Origin: Octopus bimaculoides | Lineage: Eukaryota | DNA: 61,839 bases | Direction of reading: 5' to 3' | Assembly (NCBI RefSeq): GCF_001194135.2 | Contig: NC_068988.1 | Location: 82,042,184-82,104,022 of the forward strand | In this document: in pieces, positions 23,941 through 36,520 of the stretch | How positions within the stretch are numbered: position 1 is the stretch's first letter | Layout of the letters: every line of letters starts with the position of its first letter | The notes under the pieces: generated by a model | Told to the model about the DNA's origin: nothing | The model's database searches: none | What the model saw: only the letters and a program-made list of their open reading frames with translations | Made by a program: the position numbers and the translations under genes

Positions 23941-24344
23941 AAGGATGAGAATGAGGAAGATGGAGGTGATGATGATAATGATGATGATGATGATGGTAAT
24001 GATGCTGCTGCTGCAATAAACTTTAATTTATAGAAACTTTACCATTATATATCAAATCAAGTATTTAATGTCTACCCACATTCTAATTTGATATTGAATT
24101 CTGTACATAAGTTGAAAAGCCAACTCATTCAAACACACATGCACACAAACATATATAGACACATACATTCACAAACTCGCGCACATGCACAAACGCACAC
24201 ATGCACACACACACACACACACACTCACACATACACATGCAAACAAACACACACACACACACACACACACAATACATCAAAACACAATAAATGTATGCAT
24301 ATACCAATATATATGTATGTACATATTTGAGTGTGTGTGTGTGT

Positions 24345-24417
<73 letters not shown>

Positions 24418-25412
24418 CAGGCAGACAGACAAACAGAGACAGAAAGAGTGATAGATGGGTAGAGAGATATATATACATTCGTTGTGTACATATGTATGTA
24501 NNNNNNNNNNNNNNNNNNNNNNNNNNNNNNNNNNNNNNNNNNNNNNNNNNNNNNNNNNNNNNNNNNNNNNNNNNNNNNNNNNNNNNNNNNNNNNNNNNNN
24601 NNNNNNNNNNNNNNNNNNNNNNNNNNNNNNNNNNNNNNNNNNNNNNNNNNNNNNNNNNNNNNNNNNNNNNNNNNNNNNNNNNNNNNNNNNNNNNNNNNNN
24701 NNNNNNNNNNNNNNNNNNNNNNNNNNNNNNNNNNNNNNNNNNNNNNNNNNNNNNNNNNNNNNNNNNNNNNNNNNNNNNNNNNNNNNNNNNNNNNNNNNNN
24801 NNNNNNNNNNNNNNNNNNNNNNNNNNNNNNNNNNNNNNNNNNNNNNNNNNNNNNNNNNNNNNNNNNNNNNNNNNNNNNNNNNNNNNNNNNNNNNNNNNNN
24901 NNNNNNNNNNNNNNNNNNNNNNNNNNNNNNNNNNNNNNNNNNNNNNNNNNNNNNNNNNNNNNNNNNNNNNNNNNNNNNNNNNNNNNNNNNNNNNNNNNNN
25001 NNNNNNNNNNNNNNNNNNNNNNNNNNNNNNNNNNNNNNNNNNNNNNNNNNNNNNNNNNNNNNNNNNNNNNNNNNNNNNNNNNNNNNNNNNNNNNNNNNNN
25101 NNNNNNNNNNNNNNNNNNNNNNNNNNNNNNNNNNNNNNNNNNNNNNNNNNNNNNNNNNNNNNNNNNNNNNNNNNNNNNNNNNNNNNNNNNNNNNNNNNNN
25201 NNNNNNNNNNNNNNNNNNNNNNNNNNNNNNNNNNNNNNNNNNNNNNNNNNNNNNNNNNNNNNNNNNNNNNNNNNNNNNNNNNNNNNNNNNNNNNNNNNNN
25301 NNNNNNNNNNNNNNNNNNNNNNNNNNNNNNNNNNNNNNNNNNNNNNNNNNNNNNNNNNNNNNNNNNNNNNNNNNNNNNNNNNNNNNNNNNNNNNNNNNNN
25401 NNNNNNNNNNNN

Positions 25413-25448
<36 letters not shown>

Positions 25449-25639
25449 GTATGTCTCTGTCTATCTATTCATCTATCATTCTCTGTCTCACTCTCTCTTT
25501 CTCTCTCATAAGAGAGAGAGAGTGTGTGTGTGTGTGTGTGTATGAGAAATAGACAAATAGAGATTTTGATTGAGATATACATCCACATATGCATATTTAT
25601 AATATAGGCATTTACATATATATGTGTGTCTGTCCAAGT

Positions 25640-25759
25640 TCAAGAGAGAGTCAGAAAATAATGCAATTTTTATTTGAAACGTTTCTTAACTCTTATAAAA
25701 TATAAAATTAAGTCAAGAAGCAATGCAAATAAAAATTGCATTACTTTCTGACTCACTTG

Positions 25760-25762
<3 letters not shown>
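25640..25762. mobile_element. Tiny mariner-type MITE
   Basis: 29-bp inverted repeat GAGTCAGAAAATAATGCAATTTTTATTTG (25648-25676) / CAAATAAAAATTGCATTACTTTCTGACTC (25726-25754) with 1 mismatch. Confidence 0.75.
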
Positions 25763-25795
<33 letters not shown>

Positions 25796-25974
25796 TGTAT
25801 GTATGTATGTATGTATGTATGCATGTATGTATATGGATGTGTGTATGTATGTACGTATGTATGTATGTATATGGATGTGTGTATATCATACATATAAACA
25901 TACATATTTGTAAATATATATATGTATATTAATATATCAATATATATATATCAAAATGTATATATTGTATATAA

Positions 25975-26017
<43 letters not shown>

Positions 26018-26288
26018 TGTATATACATATATGTATATGTATGTGTGAGTAGGGTGTGTGTGTGTAAGCATGTGTGTGTGTGTGTGTGTGTTTACGTGGG
26101 TTGTGACTTATGATATTACTATTATTACAAGATTTTAGTAGATATTTTTATATTGACACCCATGACTACATATGTACAAACACACATGCTCATATATATA
26201 GATAAATATGTATATGAATGCATGTGGGTGTGTCTCATTTCTATCATTATCATCAATAGTTCTTTAATCTTTATATACACCCTCTCGG

Positions 26289-26331
<43 letters not shown>

Positions 26332-26492
26332 GCAGAAATAACAGAGTGTCTCACCAGTTAAGAATTTTGTGTGTTAGCACTAATTCATTAATCTTTCAGC
26401 CCTTGAGTTACTCTGTTACTTCTGCCAAATCAAATATCACCAATGTTGGTGTCTTTACATCCCCATCACTTGGTGGTTCAGCAAGAAGAGAC

Positions 26493-26655
26493 ATCATCAT
26501 CATCATCATCATCATCATCGTCGTTTAACGTCTGCTTTCCATGCTAGCATGGGTTGGACGATTTGACTGAGGACTGGTGGAACCCGAAGGCTACACCAGG
26601 TTCCAATCTGATTTGGCAGAGTTTTTACAGTTGGATGCCCTTCCTAACACCAGAT
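26493..26655 (-). mobile_element. RTE 3' tail copy
   Basis: (CAT)n GTTTAACGTCTGCTTTCCATGCTAGC...TTGGATGCCCTTCC. Confidence 0.85.
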
Positions 26656-26894
26656 AGAATAAGTACTAGGCTTACAAAGAATAAGTCCTGGAATCGATTT
26701 GTTCAACTAAATGCAATGCCCCTGAAGTGAAAACCAAATTTTTAGCTATACAAGTCAACATTACATCTACATATAGATAACATCCTCCCAGATATAGAAT
26801 AAAATTATTCCCGATGTAAAGCGTTACATATGAAGAATACTATTTAGTTGGGGATTAATTGCTACAAGATAGACACTGCATTAATATATACTAT

Positions 26895-27350
26895 GTAAAC
26901 CCTAACCCTAACCCTAACCCCTCCAATTTATGTGATACTTAATAAAAACCGTTTCTAGGGAAATATCAGGATGTTTTTCCGTGAAGGTGTGCACATTTTA
27001 GAGTTAATTCCTGTTTTCTATTTAATAATTGGCACTTGGTTTTTAGACATGAAAATATAGAATCTTTCTTCCACACAATTGCACTTCTTACCTCCATCTT
27101 TCCTATTTTATATTTATATCAAAATTAGTGTTTCTATTTTTTAGGCTCCAAATAAACCCATTTAAGTTTGTACTATACCTTTGGTCTCTATCTCTGAAGA
27201 AAGCTAGGTGATTAGCTAATCTCGCCTGGAAAGTAGTAAAGCATGCTCCTATATAACAGTGTGAAATCTCACCTGACATAACCCTACACCTATAAACTAA
27301 ATTTTCCCTCAAACATTGTGCAGTGAAAAGGCAAATTTTCTTGCCAAAGC
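26895..27350 (-). mobile_element. Penelope-like element, GIY-YIG endonuclease region, decayed
   Basis: Reads CLRENLVYRCRV...CYIGACFTTFQARLANH...STNLNGFIWSLK, followed by degenerate C..EE and LNRKQELTLKCAH C-terminal motifs. Confidence 0.82.
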
Positions 27351-27803
27351 TACAAAAGTTTTTAGCAATACTAGTTCAACTTGCACTAATGGGATCAGAA
27401 TTAGATACCGTCTCCATATCTCTATCTAAAGATCTACTACTGTTTACATTTCAGCTATACTTTTGAGTTTTCATGTTATTCTGTCTAAAGTTTATTACTT
27501 TTGGTTCACCACAATTAAGAATTGCATTAGTTGCCTCTTTTCCACTGCTCACCTCCAGTATCTATCTATACATTTCCTTTGCCTTGTCAACAAGTGCTGC
27601 ATTCAAAATACCACAAGATTGACTGAATATATTATCCCTGTCTATTCACTACATTCATAACTTGGATTATACTAGAGTACATGAATGATACCCATCTGGA
27701 TATATTTTCCCCAACATATTCACTACATTAATAATTAATTCTATATATATTATTATTATTATCATTATTATTATTATCATTATTATTATTATTATTATCA
27801 TTG

Positions 27804-28355
27804 AGTGAGAGAGCAGTGCATGCCATCAAAATGACACTGGAGTAAAATATACGAAGCCCATTATACCCATCATGACTACCCGTCTAATAAGGGTACACCA
27901 GGCACATGCATCACAACCATATGTGCACGACATAGTGGTCTCATATCAAGATAAACAGTGCATGACCTCACAGGTGGGACCCAATTAGAATTTTCTTCAG
28001 GTCGAGTAGCCCATCCTGCACAAAAGGTCCCCGAATAAGGTTTGTTTAAGGATGTTGAGCAAAACACCCATGTTTCCAAAGGTGAATTATTCAAACCACA
28101 AAGAATTCCTCTCAACACATGGCTATGATGCTCCCCCACTACTTCTGCTCATGATCAGAGATGCACATATTGTCAGCCACCAAGGGACATTCTCAACTTG
28201 ATATGGTCAAACAACTGACAAGCAAATCTGTGGTATTGAGCAGAATATTTGCTGTAGCCCATTTTTTTATACCAAGACAAAACAATGTACAAGATAACAC
28301 TTCCAATCAATTAAGATCAGAAGCCATGAGAGCCACTGCCTGGTACTGCATCAGG
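27804..28355 (-). repeat. Non-coding ~550-bp segment bounded by (ATT)n tracts, probable TAA-tailed retroposon
   Basis: Sharply bounded by (ATT)n at 27749-27802 and 28356-28406; no credible ORF. Resembles an abundant octopus repeat from recall, not verified. Confidence 0.5.
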
Positions 28356-28406
<51 letters not shown>

Positions 28407-31400
28407 TTCTCTTTATCACAGGTTTTAATGGAGCTCTTGGAGTCTCGCATGCATAGTGGGCTTACTGCCTGCAGCCTACGGTACTATACTATTCGTTCTT
28501 TTCAGCTATCTAATATTTTCCTGATCATTTTGGCCATACCAAAGAGGCAAACCTTTTCTAACAGTTCTACTGGGCACTCTATTCCAATTTCCTTTATACT
28601 TTCTGATACTGTTCCCAAGGACCCAATAATAATTGGCACTATCTTCACCTTCTTCATTTTCCATAGCCGGGTTATTTCGTACTTAAGAGGGTTGTATCTA
28701 TCTATCTTTTCACCTTCCTTTTTGATTATTCATGAGTCAAAGGGGTATGCAACACAACTGTATATAGCATATGTGGTGCACTTTGTCCACCATCACTTGG
28801 TCCAGTCTAGTATGCTCTTGTACCAGATCTGTTTGGATTGGGAAATCCCAGAGGATTTTGCTAGTCTCCAACTCTGCCACTCTCTGTGGCTTGTGCTCAT
28901 ACCACGTCTTGCCTCTCTCTAGCCCCCCACAGTTTCCAATGTAGCACTTTCGATATCTGGTCATGTCGCCACAACTTGTAATGGTTTTGGGTACACCTAG
29001 GGCATTCATTCATAATATGAGCAATAGTTTCATCCACTCTGTTGCAGATGCAACACAGCAGACACTTGCTCATTCCTAAGGTCGATTCTCCAGTTTGTGG
29101 CCAAAGTTTGGTCTTGCGCTGCCAGTATAGAGCTCTCGGTCTCTTTTTTTAGAGTTCCTTTCTTCAGCCAGTCCCACCTATTTTTTTCCAGCAGCTTCTG
29201 TTGTGGTTACATGGAATTGGTTGAGGAGTCCCTTCTTCATGTCCTTTTTGTACTTCTTCCTTTGTTTTTCTTTTTTCTCTGCTCTCAATACTCCCTCATT
29301 CCTAACTATCACTAGCAAAGTTTCCTTACTTTGGGCTAGGTATCTCATTAAGCTCTCAAGTTTTATATGCACACAGTCTTCCACACTTATCAGACCCCTT
29401 CCTCCAGTTGCTTTCTTTATGTATAAATTATCAGTGTCTGCACATGAATGATGGGCTCCATGCTTCGTTAAGAGCTTTCTTATCTTCCTGTTCATCTCTT
29501 TTAGCTCCTCCTCTGTCCACTTCAGGATTCCAGCACTATACCAAACTACTGAAACTGCACGCAAGTTTATTGCCGAAATTATATCTCTGGCATTCAACTT
29601 TGAAGCCAATATTTTTCTCACTGCCACAGGTACTCTCTTTTTTGACCTTTCCTTCATGTCATGATGTTTGATTCCATCTGCTTCGAGTATTCCCAGGTAT
29701 TTATAGCTGGATTGAGGTTGAATTGCCTTCATTTCACCACTTGGCAACCACATGCCTTCGGCCTTGGCAAGTTTTCTTCATCTCATCACTATTGTAGAAC
29801 ATTTTGAGAGTCCAAACTGCATCTTGATATCATTGGAGAAAATCCACACAGACTGGACTAGGCTGTCCAGTTTTGCCTCAGTTTTTGTGAATAGCTTCAG
29901 GTTGTCCATGAATAGCAAGTGGTTCAGTTTTCCCTTACTTTTTCCCAGATCATACCCCAACTTTGTTTTCTGTAGTATTTCACTCGAGGGGATCATTCCC
30001 AGCATGAATATCAATAGGGACACACTGTCCCCTTGGAAGATTCCTCTCTTGATTTTCACCTCTCCTAGTACTTGCTTCCCTGCTGTCAATTCCGTTTTCC
30101 AGCATTTCATGCTATTTCGTATAAGGTTTCTCATATTTTCTACTACTCCATACATTTCCATTGTTCTTATTATCCAGGATTGTGGTATCATATCGTATGC
30201 TTTATGATAGTCAACCCAAGCCTTGCTCAGGTTTGTATGCCTTCTCTTGCAGTTCCTGATAGTTAGATTATCAATTAAGAGCTGATCTTTAATTCCCCAG
30301 CTCTTTTTTTGGCACCCTTTCTCTTCAATGGCTAGCAGCCCACTTTTTTCCAAGTATCTGTACGGTTCACCGACCAAAGCACCTGACATTAGTTTCCACA
30401 TTAGTGGAAGACATGTTATTGGTCTAAAGTTGGCTGCAACATTTCCCTTTTCTGGATCCTTGGCACATGACAATGTCTTTCTCTTTGTTATCCAGTTGGG
30501 TACTGTGTTCTCCTGCAAGCACTCATCTAGTTGTTGTGCTGTCTTTTCATGGAGCCCTCTCAGCTTCTTCTTCCAATAACCTTGGACCCCATCTGGTCCC
30601 GGGCTCTTCCAATTTGGGAATTTTCTTAGCTGCTTTTTTTATCATTTCTGTAGTTATCTTTGTCTTCTTGGACTTCTATATCCCCTAACCTATCTTGAAT
30701 TTCATGCAGCCACTCCACTTCAATATTATGCTCTACAGGTTGGTCCCAGATCCCTCTGCATCTGGTATCATTGTTACATGTATTTGCCCATCTACTTCCT
30801 GAAACACTTTCTTCTAATTTGCTTCAAGCAATCTGTTTTGCCTGAACTGTCTTTTTCTATTGTCATAACTTTCCAATTTTGCTTTGATTGCTGCTACTCT
30901 TTGTTTCAATTCTTCCAATTTCATATCATAACCTTTGTCTCTGATTCTATATGTTCTTTCCAGCATTATTCTTATGCTTTCATTCTGCAATTCCCCTCTT
31001 CTCAATCTATCAACTTGTCCTAAATGCCTTTTTAACTTAGTTTGTTTCTCACAAATTCATCTGTCTGTTCCCTTCTTTTGTATCCAACTCTATTCGCAGC
31101 AACCATAGCTGCAACCCAAATATTTTTTTGAGTTTCAGCTATATTTCTTGTCTGGAATAGCCCAAGAACCGAATCTATCTTTTCAGTCTCAGCTTTGAGC
31201 TTGTGTTGATCAATGTACCTCAGATGGCGAGGGTGTTTGATTCCGGTCTTCTCCAACATATCAGCATAGCATCCTCACTATGTCTAGTTGGTCATCATCA
31301 TATTCTTGTGATATAACTCTTCCTATTACTTCTGCTTCGTTTGCTGAGAATGCATTTACATTTACACTTTGCTCTGCATCTTCATTGCCGCCTTTCATTT

Positions 31401-32400
31401 TTCTGTTCTCACTGGGCACGTTATCTGTTGGTGATGTATTATTTCTATCTTCTGCTTTCCTTTTTAATCTCTTCTATTTCCATGTCTGTTAACCATGATT
31501 TTGCTCTTATTGCTCTTGCCTGGTCAGCCAACCATTGCTCACTTGTTTCAAAGAGCCCTATCTCATTCCATTTTGATTTCATTCATTGTCAGAATCCCCT
31601 TCTGCTGGGTTCACTCCTGATCCAGCATTCAATTACTGTTCAGTTTGCCTCCTTATACCACTTTCTTCTCTGCCTCTGGCTTTGTGTACAAGCAGTCTCT
31701 GGATGACGACCAGGCCTGTGCTGCTCAACCACAGGGTATCTGCCAGGCAAAAGACTTTCACCTTTGGTTCCAGCCTCATTAACACCATTATTTGATACAT
31801 TTGTATTAGATATTTTCACTCAACATTGAGGTATGTGTTTTAAGGTTAACCACCAACCAGTATTTTAATTGAGATACCATCTCTAGTAAGATTGTCAACC
31901 AAGACTGCAGAGCTCTTACTACCCATTAGCTGGGCCTGCTCACTTTGAATTTCTGTCTTTTGGGAACCATGATCATGATTCTCATTAGGAAACAGTTGAG
32001 CATTAGCTGGTCCTGTATCTTTATCCAAATACTACTCCAGAGTTAAGTCCCAATTTGCTGTTCATTTACCTTCATCCCAGGCATGGAGCCATTGGACACT
32101 GACAGGTTGTCACCTCTGTGAATAAGGAGTCCTATCTACCCCAGTTTTAAATCAGAATGTTCCTCCTCCTCGACAGACTGCCAACCAAGGCTCACAAGTT
32201 CTGTCTACCTGTTTTCGGAATGGCCATTGACTCTTCTAAGTTCCTCTGCCCTTTGTCAAGTTTTGTTTTTAATCCCGCAGGATGAAGAAAATCCACCCTT
32301 CTCACCAAGCAAGTTTAGTGGGATTGCTGGTTTAGCCACCATTGACTCAATGGTTTCACAATGCCACTTGTTAATCATTCTGGGTAATTATCAATCTGGG
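28356..32400 (-). mobile_element. R4/Dong-clade non-LTR retrotransposon (RT + RLE), near full length, inactive
   Basis: RT motifs NFRPITCLPLMWK, WVDYHKAYD, RGIFQGDSVS and HLLFMDNLKL; GGRGLISVEDC; RLE region KILWDFPIQTD...RLDQVMVDK; (TAA)n tail. The 5' boundary is approximate. Confidence 0.9.
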
Positions 32401-33026
32401 TAATTATTTATTTGTTTGCTATTGTAATTTTACTATAACTACTATAATCCCTATCTTATTATTAACTTGTTCACTTCTATAGTTTCACAATTAATACTAT
32501 ACTTACATTATCACTATAAGGCATAGGGGTCCTAATATTATCTCCCCTGATTTCTTTAGACAACAAATGATGGTAGATTTACAGTTGTTGGTTTAGCTAC
32601 TGCTGATGTTGTGGTATTAAAAAGAGGAGCAGGCTTGTTGTGACTACTAATACAGGCTGTTTGATTGGACTGCTAGTTGAGCAGGTGGGAGGCGATTTTG
32701 AGAGGAGCATCAACAGGTTGGAACTAGCATAGCTAAGATATAAAAATTTATAAACAATATCTCAGTTTTAAAAAAAAAACTGTAGTATAAAACACCACAT
32801 CACATTTATGATAATGGAATCTATCTATCGAAAATCACATCACAGTTAAGATACAAAATAATCTATAAACATCTCAAAGTTTTAGCAAACATAGAAAGTA
32901 ATAGAAAAGGCTTACACATTTTTGGAGAGAGCTGTTAAATGACCACCCTACTGTGTGACAGCCTACAGCAGCACTGAGAACCCATTGGAAGAGGGGGGGA
33001 TAGAGAGAGAGAGGACGAAGGGGAAG

Positions 33027-33200
33027 CATGTACTTAATGTATATTTTTCAGTGGCTGCAATAGCATACTGGAGTATATACACTCTCAAAGCACTGGGTGT
33101 TATGACACCTCAGTGTCACCCAGTGCTTTGAGAGAGTATATACTTTGTCATGCTATTGCAGCTGCCAGAAAATACAGAAAGCATATACATTAAGTAAATG
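33027..33200. repeat. Fold-back palindrome, MITE-like
   Basis: TACTTAATGTATAT...GCTGCAATAGCAT...AGTATATAC.CTCTCAAAGCACTGGGTG pairs with CACCCAGTGCTTTGAGAGAGTATATACT...ATGCTATTGCAGC...ATATACATTAAGTA. Confidence 0.85.
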
Positions 33201-33426
33201 TAGCTAATAATATTTATTATGCTAGAGCTGCTTTTATTTCATACATACATACATACATATGCATATATATCTGTATATATATACACACACACTCATTGTG
33301 TAGGTTGAGATACACATGCTTATTCCATTATTACAATCCAGTATGTAGTCTCAGTGGTTGCTGTATGTTAGTTCAAAATACATATTAAAACTGTGGACTA
33401 TGGAAATATTATTTGCAAAGTTATTG

Positions 33427-33662
33427 TATAACCAAACAGGAAATTAGAAATTTATTGGTATTATTTATTCACCATTACACATGTTTCATTTGCTAATAGG
33501 AATTACAAAGTTTTACTTGTTTTACATGTAAGGAATTTTCTATTAAAAATTCCTTACATGTCTTTCTAACATGTAAAGCTTTGCGATTCTTATTAGCAAA
33601 TGAAACGTGTGTAATGGGGAATAAATAATATCAATAAATTTCAAATTTCCTGTTTGGTTATA
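33427..33662. mobile_element. Fold-back MITE: ~236-bp hairpin with a 6-nt loop
   Basis: Ends TATAACCAAACAGGAAAT... / ...ATTTCCTGTTTGGTTATA. The central stem ACATGTAAGGAATTTT / AAAATTCCTTACATGT is perfect, with loop CTATTA. Confidence 0.88.
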
Positions 33663-34184
33663 TATAAATATATATAAACAGGTATACATACATATATATG
33701 CATATATATATATATATATATATGTACATACATAAATATACATACATACAAACATACACACACACATACATACATATATATATACATACATACATAATAC
33801 ATATATATATACATACATACATACATACATACATCAATCCATACATACATACATACATACATACATGCATGCATACATACATACATACATACATACATAC
33901 ATACACGCATATATCCATGTGTGAGTGAGAGTATATATTTTGGTAAGCAGAATTCCAGATCTGTATCTAAAAGGAAGTTTTAAAATGTTTAGATTTATAA
34001 TCTTCGTTAATACATACACATATACATATGATAGACCATCTCACCAGCCAGTTATTCACTCCACTCATCTATACCTCCATCTTTCCTTTTATCCATCCTT
34101 CCATCTATCCATCCATCCAGCTTTTTTTTTCTATTCATCTATCCATTCATACATTCCTCCATCAATCTATACTCTTTACTCTCT

Positions 34185-34530
34185 TTTACTCTTTTACTTG
34201 TTTCAGTCATTCAACTGTGGCCATGCTGCACCACCTTTAGTTGAGTAAATCGACCCCAGGACTTATTCTTTGTAAGCCTAGTACTTATTCTATTGCTTTC
34301 TTTTGCCAAACCGCTAAGTTGCAGGAATATAAACACACCAGCATCAGTTGGGGGAACAAACACAGACACACAAACATATATATATATATATACATATATA
34401 CAACGGGCTTCTTTCAGTTTCCGTCTACCAAATCCACTCACAAGACTTTGGTCAGCCCAAGGCTATAGTAGAAGACACTTTCCTAAGGTGCCATACAGTG
34501 GGACTGAACCCAGAACCATGTGGTTTGTAA
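34185..34530 (-). mobile_element. SINE family A, near full length
   Basis: Reverse complement is colinear with 36688-37098. Confidence 0.88.
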
Positions 34531-34755
34531 GATGTATCTATACATTTTTCTATCCATGTAAACATCCATCCATGTATCCTTCTGTATATTCATCCAACTG
34601 CACAGCATCCATCCACCCATTCATCCATCAATCCATCCATCTTCAGTATAATAGTGAAAGACGGAGAGAGAAAGAGAGAGAGGGAAAGTAGGAGAGAGAG
34701 AGTAGGAGGGAGAGAAAGAGTAGGAGAGAGAGAGAGTAGGAGAAGGAGAGAATAG

Positions 34756-34786
<31 letters not shown>

Positions 34787-35199
34787 TGGTGGGTTTAATA
34801 AAAAGTACACCTATACTTTTAGCATTTTACAAAGGTTATATGTTTTATCATTACCTGAAACAAGAATAATCCTCATTTTTTATGTAATCATTTCCCAAGG
34901 TATTCTTTATTCTTGTCTTTCAAATTCCAGATGTAGCTTGACTATGTAGTGTCATTTCTTCTAAGGTGATTCCAGAACACATAGTTGTGTTGATTATAGA
35001 GTAGCTCATGATAAAGAATGACTTGTGTATGCTTTGCATGATTGCTTAGTTCATACTAAATATTATTATATTTTCCACTAAACAATTAGAAATTAGTAAA
35101 TATATGTTTGAGTTCAGATGATTGCAGTTGTTGGTAGATGTGGGTGTTAGCTAGACTGAGTACAGAGAGAGGTGAGAGTTTGAAGAACGTGTGGAGTTA

Positions 35200-35700
35200 T
35201 AGAGTAAGAAAACTGAATAATGTTTCTGTTGAAAATTTAATATTTGTGCTTGGGTTGTGCTCTGGCATGAACATTTTCTTAATTTTAGCTATGTAGCATT
35301 TATTAGACTCAACAGAGGTTTATATTAAATTAACCAGGTAATATTTCTTTCACAATTTCTGCTTTTAATTCTGTGATTGGTCACTGCCATTGGTTCCTCA
35401 ATATACTTAATCTTCAACCCTGCTTCTGGCCAGAGTTTCATTGTAATATGCAGAAGATTCCCCCAGTGACTGGATGTTATTTGAAGAATCTAAAGTTACC
35501 TATTTCAGAATAAGTTAACAATAACAAATTATAGTGGTTGAAATGTTTGTGGATATAAATTAATATTTTGTTCAATTTGTAAGAACGATAATTCAGTAAC
35601 TTTGTAAGGTTATAGATAACATCCAAGAAGTTAACAGTGGAGAATTTAGTTTCTATAGTAATAAGGGTTTGATATTTAAATATCATTAAAAATATGTGCC
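35200..35700 (-). mobile_element. Penelope-like RT/thumb fragment
   Basis: Reads ITIETKFSTVNFLDV...IYIHKHFNH, then AYYNETLA and KIKYIEEP...KSRNCERNITW, matching the Penelope RT C-terminal pattern. Confidence 0.72.
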
Positions 35701-35989
35701 AATTATTTTTCCCTTACTCCATCTGTTGGCTTGAAGGTCCTGTATATTGGTACAAAAGTAGGTAATTTAAATTTTAAGTTAGCTAATAACAATGGTCAAA
35801 TGAGATCGTCAGTTTCTGCCAAACCCAGGGAACCAATACGTTTTAAGGTAATGCTGGATTTCTTTAAAAATCCAGATGGAATTATTTCACTATATGTGTA
35901 TGTGTGAGTGTATATGCGTATTTGAGTGTTGTAAACAAGCACATGTATCTTTTACCTTTTACCTTTACAATTAAATGTCTCGGTTATTA

Positions 35990-36330
35990 AATGGGCCATA
36001 CTGGAGCACTGCCTTGAAAGGTTTAGTTGAACAAATCAACTCCAGTGCTTATTCTTTCAGTCTCTTTGTCAAACTGCTAAGTTACAGGGACATATGCAAA
36101 ACAGCACTCTAGTTGTTAACCAATGTGTGGAGGGGCTAACACAAACACAAAGACACACACACATTCACACTCACACAGACATACTCATAAATTGGGCTTC
36201 CACAGTTTCTGTTTACTAAATTCATTTACATGGTATTGGTCAGCCCAAGATTATAGAGGCTGGCACTTGCCTATGTTTACCATAGGACTAAACCTGAAAC
36301 TATATGACTGCAAAGTGAGCTTAATAACCA
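35990..36330 (-). mobile_element. SINE family A, decayed
   Basis: Contains CTGGAGCACTGCC, CAAACTGCTAAGTTACAGG and GGGCTTCCACAGTTTC modules in family-A order. Confidence 0.7.
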
Positions 36331-36520
36331 CACAAGATGGGAGAGGTATTTCAAGACATATTTGGTAATTAAATAAAACATCTCTAATCGAGTAAAAACC
36401 AAATGTATTTTTAATAAAAATTTGTGCACATTTTCTTAACTTTCTTATAAGATAACTCTCTGAATTCATTTTCAGCTTTGATGACTGCTTAAGTACTGGA
36501 CCAGAATTGTTGTCATGCTT
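36330..36520 (-). mobile_element. Possible maT/Tc1 C-terminal remnant
   Basis: Minus strand reads AVIKAENEF, similar to the end of the 22140 transposase (AAIDAYGGFIE). Confidence 0.35.

Noticed and set aside
26898-26920. True telomere or large interstitial telomeric array
   Set aside because: Fewer than 4 units and internal; reported only as a Penelope-adjacent motif.
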